From the sequence record OZ556245.1: a stretch of 64,000 nt of DNA; one strand, 5' to 3'. This document shows positions 9,526 to 19,215 of this stretch, piece after piece. Below the pieces are notes generated by a model. That model saw only the letters and a list, made by a program, of their open reading frames with translations, ran no database searches and was not told the origin of the DNA. This DNA comes from a phage. Each line of letters starts with the position of its first letter. The stretch's first letter is position 1. The position numbers and the translations under genes are program-made.

Positions 9526-10017
9526 TTATGCATAGCGAGCTTTGCTATAGTGTTTAATCCAACTTTCAGGAATGACTTTGTATGTTCCTAAAAATACCAC
9601 ATTGTACAACTTAACGCCATCTTCTACCCATTGATCTGTAATGTATGCACACATAGCGCGAGTACGATGAGGAAGTGGTTGTCCACCTTCAGTAAATTCA
9701 AACTCATAAGGAGCAACGAACTTAATAGCTTGACCGAGTTTCCACTTAAAGTCTACACCTACATGCGAAGTATCAATCGTTTCAATTCCTTTAGCAGGAA
9801 CAGCTTTCAAAAACGCAGATTCAAGAAATTTCGCGCGAACATAACCAAACTGAGGTTTAGACTTTCCATCTTTAGGAATGATACGAACTTTTACTTCAGA
9901 ATCTTCATCTTTAACACCATGCTTAAGCTGAATGCTTACAATTTCGACCAATTTTCCTGCTGCTTTAGAACGGGATTTATCAGATACACGAGCTAATTCA
10001 CCAATATTAATAATCAT
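9526..10017 (-). CDS. hypothetical protein (163 aa), MotB position; paralog of next gene
   Basis: C-terminal motif ITDQWVEDGVKLYNVV shared with 10094..10633. Confidence 0.55.
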   Translation of the reverse strand: MIINIGELARVSDKSRSKAAGKLVEIVSIQLKHGVKDEDSEVKVRIIPKDGKSKPQFGYVRAKFLESAFLKAVPAKGIETIDTSHVGVDFKWKLGQAIKFVAPYEFEFTEGGQPLPHRTRAMCAYITDQWVEDGVKLYNVVFLGTYKVIPESWIKHYSKARYA

Positions 10018-10061
10018 AGTTATCTCTCACTTGTTAAAAAGATTTTATACTCCGCGGGACC

Positions 10062-10091
10062 ATTATACTCTGGTCCCAAGAGTTTGTAAAC
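10062..10091 (-). promoter_or_regulatory. early promoter with palindrome GGGACCA/TGGTCCC flanking the -10
   Basis: GTTTAC - 18 nt - GAGTATAAT; 7-bp inverted repeat around -10. Confidence 0.5.
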
Positions 10092-10093
10092 TA

Positions 10094-10633
10094 TTAATTC
10101 AAAATAGCTACCACCGCACTACGAGGTACTACACTAAAATCACCTGCATGAACAACGTTCAGAAGTTCAACACCATCTTCAATCCACTGGTCTGTTACCC
10201 AACCACAGACCGAAACAAATGGGGTCTTGATAGCTACAGCACAAGTCAAAAGGTCAGTAGGATCGCATTCTTGAAAGAGGATAAGCTCTGCTTCAAAGAC
10301 TATAGTTTTAATTACTTCATCATTATCTAAGCGTTGTGCTCGAATCACATAAGCTTTATTCTTATCATGCCAATTACTTTTTGAAAAACTTTTAACCACA
10401 AACTCGCCTTCACCAAAAACACTAGTCAATGCTTTATAACCCAAACTTAGTTCAGTAGTTTTAATTTCAGTTTCAACCAGTTTGTAGGTTTTGCCGATTT
10501 CAATAGCGGTAGTCATAGTAGGTTCCTTAATTTCTAGTGGTTTAACAGGGCATACATAAGTGCTTACAACATCAAAATCAATCAGTTTAGCTACCGGATT
10601 TGGTGTGTATTCAGGATTATAATTAAATTTCAT
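10094..10633 (-). CDS. hypothetical protein (179 aa), paralog of 9526..10017
   Basis: C-terminal motif VTDQWIEDGVELLNVV. Confidence 0.55.
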   Translation of the reverse strand: MKFNYNPEYTPNPVAKLIDFDVVSTYVCPVKPLEIKEPTMTTAIEIGKTYKLVETEIKTTELSLGYKALTSVFGEGEFVVKSFSKSNWHDKNKAYVIRAQRLDNDEVIKTIVFEAELILFQECDPTDLLTCAVAIKTPFVSVCGWVTDQWIEDGVELLNVVHAGDFSVVPRSAVVAILN

Positions 10634-10635
10634 AA

Positions 10636-11136
10636 TTATCTCATTTCAATAAAATCTATAAGTTCAGCATGGGATTTACGGAACATTACTTGATGTCCGC
10701 CAATGATAACTTGGTCATCTGGCACTTCGTATACAGCAAGATAAAATCCTTTAGAAGATAATTCTTCACGCTCTTCTCGTGTGAACCATCTCATCATATC
10801 ATATTCACTAGCGAAAGCAAAATGATAAAGAGCTATAAACCATCCTGGAATATGATATTCTACTCCAACATAATCTTTCTTGAACTTAGTATTAATTACT
10901 ATATTAGCGTTTTTAACTAATAGTTTATCTTCATGTGGTACAGGAATTCTTTTATTATCATCGCTATGATGCATAAAATTAGGTCTACTATAACCTACAC
11001 GTAATAGCCACTCTTCGCTCCATGAATCTATTATACTCCTGTACGGCGTTATTTGAACACAAAGATTTCGACGTATTGTTATAGCATCTTCATAATCAAG
11101 AATACTAAACGATGATTCAACACGATAAATTTTCAT
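10636..11136 (-). CDS. hypothetical protein (166 aa)
   Basis: ORF track 10636..11175 trimmed: first 13 codons overlap promoter -10; internal ATG has GAGGATAATAAA SD. Confidence 0.5.
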   Translation of the reverse strand: MKIYRVESSFSILDYEDAITIRRNLCVQITPYRSIIDSWSEEWLLRVGYSRPNFMHHSDDNKRIPVPHEDKLLVKNANIVINTKFKKDYVGVEYHIPGWFIALYHFAFASEYDMMRWFTREEREELSSKGFYLAVYEVPDDQVIIGGHQVMFRKSHAELIDFIEMR

Positions 11137-11160
11137 TTTATTATCCTCAGTAGCTATGGT

Positions 11161-11193
11161 GTTATAATACCACAACTAACCGAGGAAGTAAAC
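11161..11193 (-). promoter_or_regulatory. early promoter
   Basis: GTTTAC ... TGGTATTATAAC. Confidence 0.5.
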
Positions 11194-11199
11194 AACTTT

Positions 11200-11883
11200 T
11201 TATCGTTTTGTTGGAAGAGACAGAGGATCGCACTCTTCCTCTGACGGAGCATCTTCAAGACCCATAGCATATCGCAAAGCATACTTCATCATCAGGATGT
11301 CTTTCGCACAGTCATGAATAGAATCATGCGCAACGAATCCGTCTAAAGTTCCCTTTGGAAGAGGACATGTAGTCATATCACGAACAAGCAGAAGTGCTTC
11401 AATTCTGGTACGAATATCACGCTGATTCCAGAATTTACATGGTTCTAACTTAAATGTATCAAGCTCATTCTCAGAAACGCCGTTAAAACGTTGAATATCA
11501 CGAATGAGATCGACTAAAATTGGAAAATCAAACGACATTCCACGGCACCAGCCTTGAGATTTCCAAGGATCAATGTTATGTGCATTGATGTAATCATTAA
11601 ATTTTGCAATACCGTCGATAGTGCTTACATCTTCATCTGATGGCGCAATATTTTTTCGAGCTTCAGGAGATTGATTTTTCCACCATTCGATAGTGCTTTT
11701 AGTAAAAAGACGATGTCCTTTTTGGCTTTTTAAATCAAACTTGATTTTAATGCCGCGTGAAACTAATTCATCAAATGTTTCAACTACTTCTGGGTTAGGA
11801 TCAAAGGCAATAACAGCTAAGTCAATAACAGCTGCTTTTTCACCGCTTCCCATTGTTTCAAAATCTATAATAAAATCAAACAT
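11200..11883 (-). CDS. dexA: exonuclease A (DEDD 3'-5' exonuclease)
   Basis: 227 aa as T4 DexA; N-terminal DFETMG exonuclease motif. Confidence 0.8.
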   Translation of the reverse strand: MFDFIIDFETMGSGEKAAVIDLAVIAFDPNPEVVETFDELVSRGIKIKFDLKSQKGHRLFTKSTIEWWKNQSPEARKNIAPSDEDVSTIDGIAKFNDYINAHNIDPWKSQGWCRGMSFDFPILVDLIRDIQRFNGVSENELDTFKLEPCKFWNQRDIRTRIEALLLVRDMTTCPLPKGTLDGFVAHDSIHDCAKDILMMKYALRYAMGLEDAPSEEECDPLSLPTKR

Positions 11884-12158
11884 TAAATTTTCCTCGCTAA
11901 ATCGCGAATTTGACCTACAGTATAATCTTGGATATAAACTTTATTAACGGGCTCATCAATAAATTTTGCCATAGATTCAATATCTTTTTGTATCTCTTCA
12001 AGACTGTATACTATCTTTAAAGCTTTTTCGCGAATAGTAACATTATCAGGTCCTGGATTTTCTTGAATGACAGCTTTAACATTTGCCATAAGAGATTTAA
12101 ACTGATGCAAACTCAATTCAATCATTAATAACCGCCTTATAAAGATGGCTAATTTCAC
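11883..12158 (-). CDS. hypothetical small protein (91 aa)
   Basis: ORF track. Confidence 0.45.
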   Translation of the reverse strand: MKLAIFIRRLLMIELSLHQFKSLMANVKAVIQENPGPDNVTIREKALKIVYSLEEIQKDIESMAKFIDEPVNKVYIQDYTVGQIRDLARKI

Positions 12159-12378
12159 CTAAAATATAATCACTGATTGTAACAGTTTTCACTTCACCGC
12201 AAAAGAATTCTAACGCAATCAAATCTCGTTCAATTTCTTCCAATTGAAGCATTAACTTGCCTGATTCAATTTTTACATTTGTACGATTTTTACTATAAGC
12301 TATTTCATAAATTTCGCTCACTTTATCTTGAAGCAGATAAAACTGGTCTTTAGTTATTTCCACGAATAGCTTCCTCAA
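12118..12378 (-). CDS. hypothetical small protein (86 aa)
   Basis: ORF track; 3' overlap with neighbor. Confidence 0.45.
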   Translation of the reverse strand: MRKLFVEITKDQFYLLQDKVSEIYEIAYSKNRTNVKIESGKLMLQLEEIERDLIALEFFCGEVKTVTISDYILGEISHLYKAVIND

Positions 12379-12610
12379 ATTTAATTAGTAATTTACAGAC
12401 ACTTTCATCTAGCGTAATTACCGTATCTGTATTACTGTGATATGATTGTTTTTCAATTCGTTTAATTGCTAGTATAGTATCACTTATAAGATTAAGCTTA
12501 TAAAGGAGCTCAGCTCCTGTTACCATAACACTGAGGTTATCTTGCTTATCAGTGTGCTTCTTTATACCATCTATTAGACGATTTAAATATTTTGAATTGA
12601 TGTTAATCAT
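12350..12610 (-). CDS. hypothetical small protein (86 aa)
   Basis: ORF track. Confidence 0.45.
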   Translation of the reverse strand: MININSKYLNRLIDGIKKHTDKQDNLSVMVTGAELLYKLNLISDTILAIKRIEKQSYHSNTDTVITLDESVCKLLIKFEEAIRGNN

Positions 12611-12616
12611 ATATCC

Positions 12617-13936
12617 TCACACATAAAACACATCATAACGACCACGAGTGACACCAACATAAAGAAGCTGCTGAGCCAATTCAGCGTCTGCATAATGAAT
12701 ACAAGGCGTATAGATGAAAGCACGGTCTACAGACATACCCTGCGCTTTATGGAACGTTGATGCAGGAAGTGCTTTCACTTTACTAAACTGTGATTTAGCA
12801 TCCCAAAAATCACTCCACGGAGCTTTTCCACCTTTATTCCAATTTTTATAAGTTTCTGCTGTTTTACCTAAAAATAGGTTAAACTTATACAGCTCTTCAT
12901 CAGATGAAATTATTTTAATCTTTTCACGATAATATTCATCATCGCCGTAAGTTTCTACTGTTAAATCCCAATGACGAATTAGATATTCTCCAGAAACACC
13001 ACGAGCTTTAACAAATGTTGATGTATACTCTGCTTCTATAATACGAACTAATTGTCCGTTATTAAAAATAATTTCTGACACAGGCTTTCCATCAATTTTA
13101 TATGTTTTAATTAATGGTTCCTGCATTACAATAATTTCACCAACGATAAAATCTTTATCAGTTTCAAAAATCTTTTTGCGAATAATGCTATTTAACTTAT
13201 CAACAGATTTATTCGTAAATGCCATTACGCGATTTTCAAACAAATCATCTAGTGATTTTACGATTGAAAAATAATTTACCATAAAATCGCGTAAAGCGGT
13301 ATCACCAGTAAATCCACGTACTCCATGGCCGTCAACAACTTTATCATAAATCCACTTACCGTTGCGAACATCAGTAGCTACATCAATAATAGGAGCATTA
13401 CTGCGTTTAACTTCAGTGAGTTCACACTGATAAAAATCTTTATGTGTAAAGAATGGACTGATATAAGCAGTGTTTTCTCCTGGGTCAACAGGTCTAATTT
13501 GCTTATTATCCCCTATTCCAATTATAGTACACCATGGCGGGATAGTTGAAAGTAGAATTTTGAATAGCTTTCTATCATACATTGACACTTCGTCGCAGAT
13601 TAATACTCTGCATTTAGCTAAATCCGGTACTTCTTTTTGTTCAAAAAGAACGTTTTCTTCATATGTTACTGGGTTAATTTTAAGAATACTGTGAATAGTA
13701 CTCGCTTCTTTCCCTGACAGTTTTGAAAGAATCTTTTTAGCTGCATGTGTAGGAGCTGCTAAAATAATGCCAGTTTCGCCTGTAGATATTAAGGCTTCAA
13801 TGATAAACTTGGTAAGAGTAGTCTTACCAGTACCGGCAGGTCCATTAATAGTCACATGATGTTTCTTTTCTTTGATAGCCCTCATAACAATGTTAAAGGC
13901 ATTTTTCTGACCTTCGGTCAAATCATCAAATGTCAT
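12617..13936 (-). CDS. dda: Dda DNA helicase (SF1B)
   Basis: 439 aa as T4 Dda; Walker A GPAGTGKTT. Confidence 0.85.
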   Translation of the reverse strand: MTFDDLTEGQKNAFNIVMRAIKEKKHHVTINGPAGTGKTTLTKFIIEALISTGETGIILAAPTHAAKKILSKLSGKEASTIHSILKINPVTYEENVLFEQKEVPDLAKCRVLICDEVSMYDRKLFKILLSTIPPWCTIIGIGDNKQIRPVDPGENTAYISPFFTHKDFYQCELTEVKRSNAPIIDVATDVRNGKWIYDKVVDGHGVRGFTGDTALRDFMVNYFSIVKSLDDLFENRVMAFTNKSVDKLNSIIRKKIFETDKDFIVGEIIVMQEPLIKTYKIDGKPVSEIIFNNGQLVRIIEAEYTSTFVKARGVSGEYLIRHWDLTVETYGDDEYYREKIKIISSDEELYKFNLFLGKTAETYKNWNKGGKAPWSDFWDAKSQFSKVKALPASTFHKAQGMSVDRAFIYTPCIHYADAELAQQLLYVGVTRGRYDVFYV

Positions 13937-14244
13937 CGTAAATTCCCTGCAATTGGTATACTAACAATACGCCCAGTATCTAAAATTCGCCGATATAATC
14001 TTTGTGTGTCTACATCAGGCTTAACACGTTTAACTTCTATTTTATTAAACCAAAACTTGCGTGGAGTCTCAACTAATCTCGGAATTCCCATACCTAAAGC
14101 TAGTCGATACTGCTCTTTAAGAGTAGTAAATACTTTATCAGCAATCTCCCTTTCAAAAAATACAGCAGGGCGATGTTCATCAAGCGGAACTGGCGCCGTA
14201 AATCCATCTTTATCTCTATAAACTATCGCATATACATAAAACAT
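13933..14244 (-). CDS. hypothetical protein (103 aa), dda.1 position
   Basis: ORF track. Confidence 0.5.
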   Translation of the reverse strand: MFYVYAIVYRDKDGFTAPVPLDEHRPAVFFEREIADKVFTTLKEQYRLALGMGIPRLVETPRKFWFNKIEVKRVKPDVDTQRLYRRILDTGRIVSIPIAGNLR

Positions 14245-14245
14245 A

Positions 14246-14992
14246 TTATCCTCGGATAAGTTTAAAAATTGAACAATTTAGCGGGTATCCTCTTTTCAGT
14301 TTAAGTTTATCAATAAAAGACAAGTTTTGATACCGCTCTACACCTTGAATAATTTTATCACACATATCATATTGCATTTCTGCTTCTGACAACTTTTTCA
14401 CAGTTTTCCAATCCGAGCCTTTAAGAAGAACGTTCAATTTAACAACTTCAGCGCCTTCTGCTATACGAGAACCATCAATACGAGCTTTGAGTGCTACAAT
14501 CGTTAGCTTAATATCAGAGGTTTGTTTTGATTTAGAAAGCTGAGAAATGTGTTCAATTCTGTTTTCACGTTTTTTCTGTATAGCTTTAATTTGATTATAA
14601 GTCTTTTTGATTTTAGCCCATTTCTTTTCATCTAAATTTAATTTATGAACTTTTTTCGCAGATGAACGACCAATTCGCAAAGCAAATAAATCACGCTTTT
14701 CAATCAACTCTTCTAAAGTATAATCAGAACGAAATGTATTGTACTTTTTCTTTACTGCAATAACATTCCCTTTAATGTATCCAACGTTATTATCAAAACG
14801 TTCTAATGATAATTTCTCTCCTTCAATATGGTTATCAAAAGGTTCTCCCGAGTAAGCGCAAACTTTCTGATCTAAAATGTTCTTAATGTAATTGAAGTCT
14901 AAGTTAAAATCTTTAGAACGTCTTTTGGCAGATGCCTGAGTGTGCTCTAGACGACGTGTAATTTTACGAATTTGATTTTTAGACAGTTTCAT
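14246..14992 (-). CDS. basic protein at T4 srd position (248 aa) carrying an HNH-like motif
   Basis: synteny between dda and modA; lysine-rich; segment LERFDNNVGYIKGNVIAV resembles HNH_3 endonuclease motif. Confidence 0.5.
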   Translation of the reverse strand: MKLSKNQIRKITRRLEHTQASAKRRSKDFNLDFNYIKNILDQKVCAYSGEPFDNHIEGEKLSLERFDNNVGYIKGNVIAVKKKYNTFRSDYTLEELIEKRDLFALRIGRSSAKKVHKLNLDEKKWAKIKKTYNQIKAIQKKRENRIEHISQLSKSKQTSDIKLTIVALKARIDGSRIAEGAEVVKLNVLLKGSDWKTVKKLSEAEMQYDMCDKIIQGVERYQNLSFIDKLKLKRGYPLNCSIFKLIRG

Positions 14993-15024
14993 ATTTTTCT
15001 CACGGACGGGTTAACTACTTATAC

Positions 15025-15052
15025 TATAACATTTTTACTTCAGTTTGTAAAC
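15025..15052 (-). promoter_or_regulatory. early promoter upstream of srd-position gene
   Basis: GTTTAC - 17 nt - TTATAGTAT. Confidence 0.45.
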
Positions 15053-15108
15053 AACTTTATGAAAAATGCTTTAAAACTTTCGTGGTATAATGAATCTAAG
15101 TCCTTCCA

Positions 15109-15711
15109 TTATAGATTAAATCCTTCAAAATCAAGAGTATAGATAGTGTATGTTGAATACTTTTTATACTCGTATCTATCCGCAATTCTAAATACACTTC
15201 CAGCTGGTATCATTACTTCTTGTTCATCTGAAACTAATTCCATATTACGATAGCGATGGCTATCTGGAAACTTAAAACTTGGACTATATTCTTTACAGCG
15301 TAGAGCTTTTATAGCATACTCCTGGAAATTAAACACCATAGGAGCTTTGAATTCAAAAATAACTTGTGTATTGTATTCTAATCCAGAAGCAAAATGTAGA
15401 GCTATATTTTTATCATATGAAGCTGATACTACTTTATCAAATGTAATAATATCAATTCCTTGATTTAACACCTGTTTAGTCTCAACTGGAACACCTCTCC
15501 AAAGAGGTTTATCGTTTGGTTCCAAACGAGATTTGATTATTTCATTTAACCAAGAATGATCGTCTGGTTTATTAGTAATACAATGAATTAAAAGTTCAAT
15601 TTCAGATAAATTAAATCCTTCGGAAAGTAATTCTTCACGAATAGAAGCACGCACCGATGCATCCATTGATTTGATTTTAAAATCTTTTAATTGCATTGCT
15701 GAATATTTCAT
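15109..15711 (-). CDS. modA: ADP-ribosyltransferase ModA
   Basis: 200 aa as T4 ModA; R-S-E ART motif elements (WRGVP, SAS, EQEVMIP). Confidence 0.8.
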   Translation of the reverse strand: MKYSAMQLKDFKIKSMDASVRASIREELLSEGFNLSEIELLIHCITNKPDDHSWLNEIIKSRLEPNDKPLWRGVPVETKQVLNQGIDIITFDKVVSASYDKNIALHFASGLEYNTQVIFEFKAPMVFNFQEYAIKALRCKEYSPSFKFPDSHRYRNMELVSDEQEVMIPAGSVFRIADRYEYKKYSTYTIYTLDFEGFNL

Positions 15712-16343
15712 TCAACTACCTCAATATCATACACTTTAAATGTTCCAAATGAATCATGTAATTTTTCTTTTGAAATAGAAGTTATTTTATACTTTCCAAT
15801 TGGAATCATCCATTCTTGTTCACGTACAATCATCATTAAGTTATCAGTACGTTCTGAATCTAATCCATCAGTATCTTCATATGTATACTTAAACTCAGTA
15901 TTAGGAGAAGAAAGTATAATATCGCTGATATGGTCAGAATAATTAAAAGCTTTATCAGTTTTTAAGCGAAATATTATTTCAGTGGAATATTCAACATAAG
16001 AAAAATCACAAGCTGTGTGCAAACTAGTAGTAAATGAATCTACTCTGTTCGTTGAAAACACTTCTCCGATTTGTAAATCTTTAATGAGTTCTTTTGTCGA
16101 TTTTGATATACCACGATATAGCTGATAAGGCGATTTAGTTAAATGCTTTTTAACGATTTTATTCAACTGCTGATGAAGAGCTTCATTCTTTTTGGCTTCC
16201 ATACATTGCCAAAGAATTGACTGTTCAAAGTCAGTAAATTTTTCACAGACCTTTTTATACATATCATATTGAAAATCGACACTTTCAGCTTTTATAGATA
16301 ACTGTTCAACATCTGCGAGATTAATAATCATGATAGCCTCCAT
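15708..16343 (-). CDS. modB: ADP-ribosyltransferase ModB
   Basis: 211 aa; ART motif elements (YRGIS, STS, EQEWMIP); adjacent paralog of modA. Confidence 0.75.
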   Translation of the reverse strand: MEAIMIINLADVEQLSIKAESVDFQYDMYKKVCEKFTDFEQSILWQCMEAKKNEALHQQLNKIVKKHLTKSPYQLYRGISKSTKELIKDLQIGEVFSTNRVDSFTTSLHTACDFSYVEYSTEIIFRLKTDKAFNYSDHISDIILSSPNTEFKYTYEDTDGLDSERTDNLMMIVREQEWMIPIGKYKITSISKEKLHDSFGTFKVYDIEVVE

Positions 16344-16398
16344 ATACTTCAGAAGCTATCATATCATTGTTAGGAAGGAAAGTAAACAACTTTTTGAA

Positions 16399-16581
16399 TT
16401 ATTTTGCCCAGGGAGCCCAAGGCGGAGGGTCAAGATGGTATGAAGCTAGTTCTTCTAGAAGAGCATCTGGGGCTTCAATTCCATAATTCTGTAATACTAT
16501 ACGGTACTCTTTCTTATAATCACTAGAATCATTCTGGATATTCGTAGAATGATTATCTTCTAACATCTCAAATAAATCCAT
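16399..16581 (-). CDS. hypothetical small protein (60 aa)
   Basis: ORF track. Confidence 0.4.
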   Translation of the reverse strand: MDLFEMLEDNHSTNIQNDSSDYKKEYRIVLQNYGIEAPDALLEELASYHLDPPPWAPWAK

Positions 16582-16589
16582 ATTAATTC

Positions 16590-17072
16590 CTAGCGATAAA
16601 AACCAAAATAACGATTAGCTTCAATAATCTTTCTTTCTTCTTCAGATATTCTCCAGCGTAGTCCAACATCAAAATGAGCCCAGACCATCTTAACAAATGC
16701 ATTTATATCTTTAATATCTTCAATAATGAATGTTTTACTTTTAGAAGGTTGACCTGCTAAATTAAGTGCTAATTTAACTTTATCGTCTTCAAACAGGGCA
16801 AAAAGACCATATTCATGAGCTCTTTTATAGCCTTTAATAGTTAAAGCTTCAGAAGAAGAAAACGGTGAATCAGTATTCTGTAAAATATCTTCAGTATGCT
16901 TTATAATTAGAATAACATTTTCTGGATATTTTCTTTCTTTTATATCTTTAATTAAAAGATCCGGATTTTCTGCTAAAGGAATAATTAATGAGCATTTTTT
17001 ATCAAGTGCATTTACTGATTTACCTTCTTTAGACATAAATTCTATTGAATAATGTTTTGCTACTTCAATCAT
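16590..17072 (-). CDS. hypothetical protein (160 aa)
   Basis: ORF track; start overlaps stop of upstream small ORF. Confidence 0.5.
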   Translation of the reverse strand: MIEVAKHYSIEFMSKEGKSVNALDKKCSLIIPLAENPDLLIKDIKERKYPENVILIIKHTEDILQNTDSPFSSSEALTIKGYKRAHEYGLFALFEDDKVKLALNLAGQPSKSKTFIIEDIKDINAFVKMVWAHFDVGLRWRISEEERKIIEANRYFGFYR

Positions 17073-17229
17073 GTGATTTCCTTTTGCCTACTAATGGACC
17101 GTCAGGAATTTTGTTTTCCTGGATATATTTCTCATTTTCTTCCATCATTTTACTGCCAATTTTAAGAAGCAAATCCATTGCTTCATTTGCTTTAGCTTTA
17201 GCCTCTTCTAATGTCATATCTCTGTTCAT
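17065..17229 (-). CDS. small hypothetical protein (about 54 aa)
   Basis: hand-translated [19 protein letters not shown]...; ATGA overlap with upstream stop; missing from track. Confidence 0.35.
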   Translation of the reverse strand: MNRDMTLEEAKAKANEAMDLLLKIGSKMMEENEKYIQENKIPDGPLVGKRKSHD

Positions 17230-17429
17230 GATTTATCCCCATAGATATCTCTCATCAATTTAAGCGCTGAGCGTTCTAATTTCTTTTCTTTCTCAGCACT
17301 AATCATTGATTTCATCAATTCTTCTGATTCGTTCTGCATTTCTTTATTTACCTGTTCAACCCAACCATCGTCAATGTACATTGAGTTTGGTCTATTGAAC
17401 CATTCAAGCATCTTCTTCAGAACTTTCAC
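17226..17429 (-). CDS. hypothetical small protein (67 aa)
   Basis: ORF track. Confidence 0.45.
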   Translation of the reverse strand: MKVLKKMLEWFNRPNSMYIDDGWVEQVNKEMQNESEELMKSMISAEKEKKLERSALKLMRDIYGDKS

Positions 17430-17901
17430 TTGTTTTACCTAAAACAATAGTAGGAGCATCGTCAAATTCATGAATTTTTAGCAATTTTGGATTTAAATTA
17501 TTCCATACATAATAAATGAAGTATGATAAAGCATCTTCACTCGCAATTATAAATTTATTTCCTTTATCTATTTTCCAGTCATATACTGAATCATATGAAT
17601 ATAATGGCAATGGTTTATTGTTATAATATGATTCAGCAACATCAATATAGTTAGATTTAGTAAATGCTTGAATTGACATAAATGGAGAATTTCGTACAGT
17701 TTCAATAATTCCGATCTTTTTAAGTTTTATTTCAACATCTTCTGGAACTGGCATTGAAATAAAATCTTCTACTAGATACATGTTATTATCATATCTTTTA
17801 TCAATTATTACTGCTACTGTAATTGGAATATCTTTAGCAAATGCCATGCTATCACTGCTAATATACATTTCAAACAAAATTGCTTCCATAATTTTCCTCA
17901 A
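17404..17901 (-). CDS. hypothetical protein (165 aa)
   Basis: ORF track. Confidence 0.5.
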   Translation of the reverse strand: MRKIMEAILFEMYISSDSMAFAKDIPITVAVIIDKRYDNNMYLVEDFISMPVPEDVEIKLKKIGIIETVRNSPFMSIQAFTKSNYIDVAESYYNNKPLPLYSYDSVYDWKIDKGNKFIIASEDALSYFIYYVWNNLNPKLLKIHEFDDAPTIVLGKTSESSEEDA

Positions 17902-18236
17902 TCACAAGATGTAGATGAACAACTAGAATCACAAGAACTTCCACATGAATCGCCCGTCCACACATGAACAGGAACATTAGTATCATATGAATCAGAACTA
18001 GACTGTGTATTCTGCGTATTAGATGATGTAGGTGTTGACCAACGCCAAGGATTTTTATAATATTCCTGGGCTTCTTCATAAGTCATAGTAACTGCTTCTA
18101 CTGTTCCATCTCCCATATAAACATATTCAACTACAGTTAAAGGAAGGTAGTCATTTGAAATAGGAACTACACCTTCTCCGGGAGTCGTAGAGAAAAAATC
18201 CGTAAAGAAACTTTTAAACCAATTAAAGATAAACAT
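17898..18236 (-). CDS. hypothetical protein with Cys/Ser-rich C-terminal tail (112 aa)
   Basis: ORF track; tail [17 protein letters not shown]. Confidence 0.45.
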   Translation of the reverse strand: MFIFNWFKSFFTDFFSTTPGEGVVPISNDYLPLTVVEYVYMGDGTVEAVTMTYEEAQEYYKNPWRWSTPTSSNTQNTQSSSDSYDTNVPVHVWTGDSCGSSCDSSCSSTSCD

Positions 18237-18448
18237 TACAAAAAGCCTCTTTGAAATTCGACTCTTTGAAATCCACCCCAGTCAGTGTATCGCATTTCAG
18301 CATTGAACTCGACTGAACCATCTGCATGCATCATGAATGAATGCGTGACGATATCACAATCCCAGCTTTTCATACCCCATTTATCAGAGATAGCTTTATC
18401 AAGAACCTTCTGGAGGTCTTCATTTGGTTTAATCCAGCGATTTAACAT
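18236..18448 (-). CDS. hypothetical small protein (70 aa)
   Basis: ORF track; early promoter upstream. Confidence 0.45.
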   Translation of the reverse strand: MLNRWIKPNEDLQKVLDKAISDKWGMKSWDCDIVTHSFMMHADGSVEFNAEMRYTDWGGFQRVEFQRGFL

Positions 18449-18474
18449 AGTGCTCTCCTCTATAAGATAATTTT

Positions 18475-18504
18475 ATTATACCATACTTGTTTTGGAAAGT
18501 AAAC
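18475..18504 (-). promoter_or_regulatory. early promoter
   Basis: GTTTAC ... TGGTATAAT immediately after soc terminator. Confidence 0.55.
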
Positions 18505-18520
18505 CGGTAAAATGAAAAAA

Positions 18521-18540
18521 GGACTCCCGGAGGAGTCCTT
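18521..18540 (-). terminator. intrinsic terminator after soc
   Basis: GGACUCCUCCGGGAGUCC hairpin followed by UUUUUUCAUUUU. Confidence 0.65.
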
Positions 18541-18546
18541 GAATTA

Positions 18547-18792
18547 TTAACCACCAGTTACTTTCCACAAATCTTCGTTTGCAGTAATCCATGCATCACG
18601 TTGATTTTCTTCGTATACAGTAGTATATGCTGCTTTTTCTGAAGGGAATGTCTGGTAATGAGCACCAGAAATTTTGTGAACGTCAGAATAAAGAGGGAAA
18701 GCTACAGAAATTTCCTTTCCTTCAATTTTCTTATTTCCATCTAATTTTTGCTCAAATGTTTTAATATTAACATAACCGCGAGTACTAGCCAT
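18547..18792 (-). CDS. soc: small outer capsid protein Soc
   Basis: 81 aa; late promoter TATAAATA about 30 nt upstream; strong hairpin terminator downstream. Confidence 0.85.
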   Translation of the reverse strand: MASTRGYVNIKTFEQKLDGNKKIEGKEISVAFPLYSDVHKISGAHYQTFPSEKAAYTTVYEENQRDAWITANEDLWKVTGG

Positions 18793-18808
18793 GTAATTCT
18801 CCTTTTAT

Positions 18809-19018
18809 TTAAATTACATGACTATTTATAATAAATTCTTGCGGAACGTTAAAATACCCAATTTTAGTTAATATAACAACATCACCGTTAATAATTACCG
18901 GAGAATAATCGGCTGGAGCATTAAACTTCCAATGAGCTCTAATATTATATCCATCAGAACCAAATGCTCGACTAGCCGGTTTCCCGGCTTTTTGCCATGC
19001 ATAAAAATCAAATTTCAT
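18809..19018 (-). CDS. hypothetical small protein (69 aa)
   Basis: ORF track. Confidence 0.45.
   Translation of the reverse strand: MKFDFYAWQKAGKPASRAFGSDGYNIRAHWKFNAPADYSPVIINGDVVILTKIGYFNVPQEFIINSHVI
18823..18830 (-). promoter_or_regulatory. late promoter for soc (TATAAATA)
   Basis: TATAAATA on transcribed strand about 30 nt upstream of soc ATG. Confidence 0.55.
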
Positions 19019-19215
19019 TTTGAATGCTCTATAATTAATTTTAAGGCTTCTTCATGCACCTTACCTAATTGTATATGTCCAGTTTTAATTGTGTAAGCTT
19101 TGTGGAGCTGATTAGATAAGAGCTCACATACGAGCTCTTTGTCATAATTTTTAAATAGCTGGTCAATACGTTTCTTGTGGGCTTTCTTAAGCTGGCGTTT
19201 ATTTAAACGAGCCAT
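19015..19215 (-). CDS. hypothetical small basic protein (66 aa)
   Basis: ORF track. Confidence 0.45.
   Translation of the reverse strand: MARLNKRQLKKAHKKRIDQLFKNYDKELVCELLSNQLHKAYTIKTGHIQLGKVHEEALKLIIEHSK

Noticed and set aside
9631-10330. Plus-strand ORFs from the track (9631..9996, 9932..10330) and all other plus-strand track ORFs
   Set aside because: They lie antisense within well-supported minus-strand genes, lack SD sequences and fit no T4-like gene; AT-rich sequence yields long antisense ORFs by chance
17870-18079. 69-aa minus-strand ORF
   Set aside because: Nested in an alternative frame of 17898..18236 with no SD
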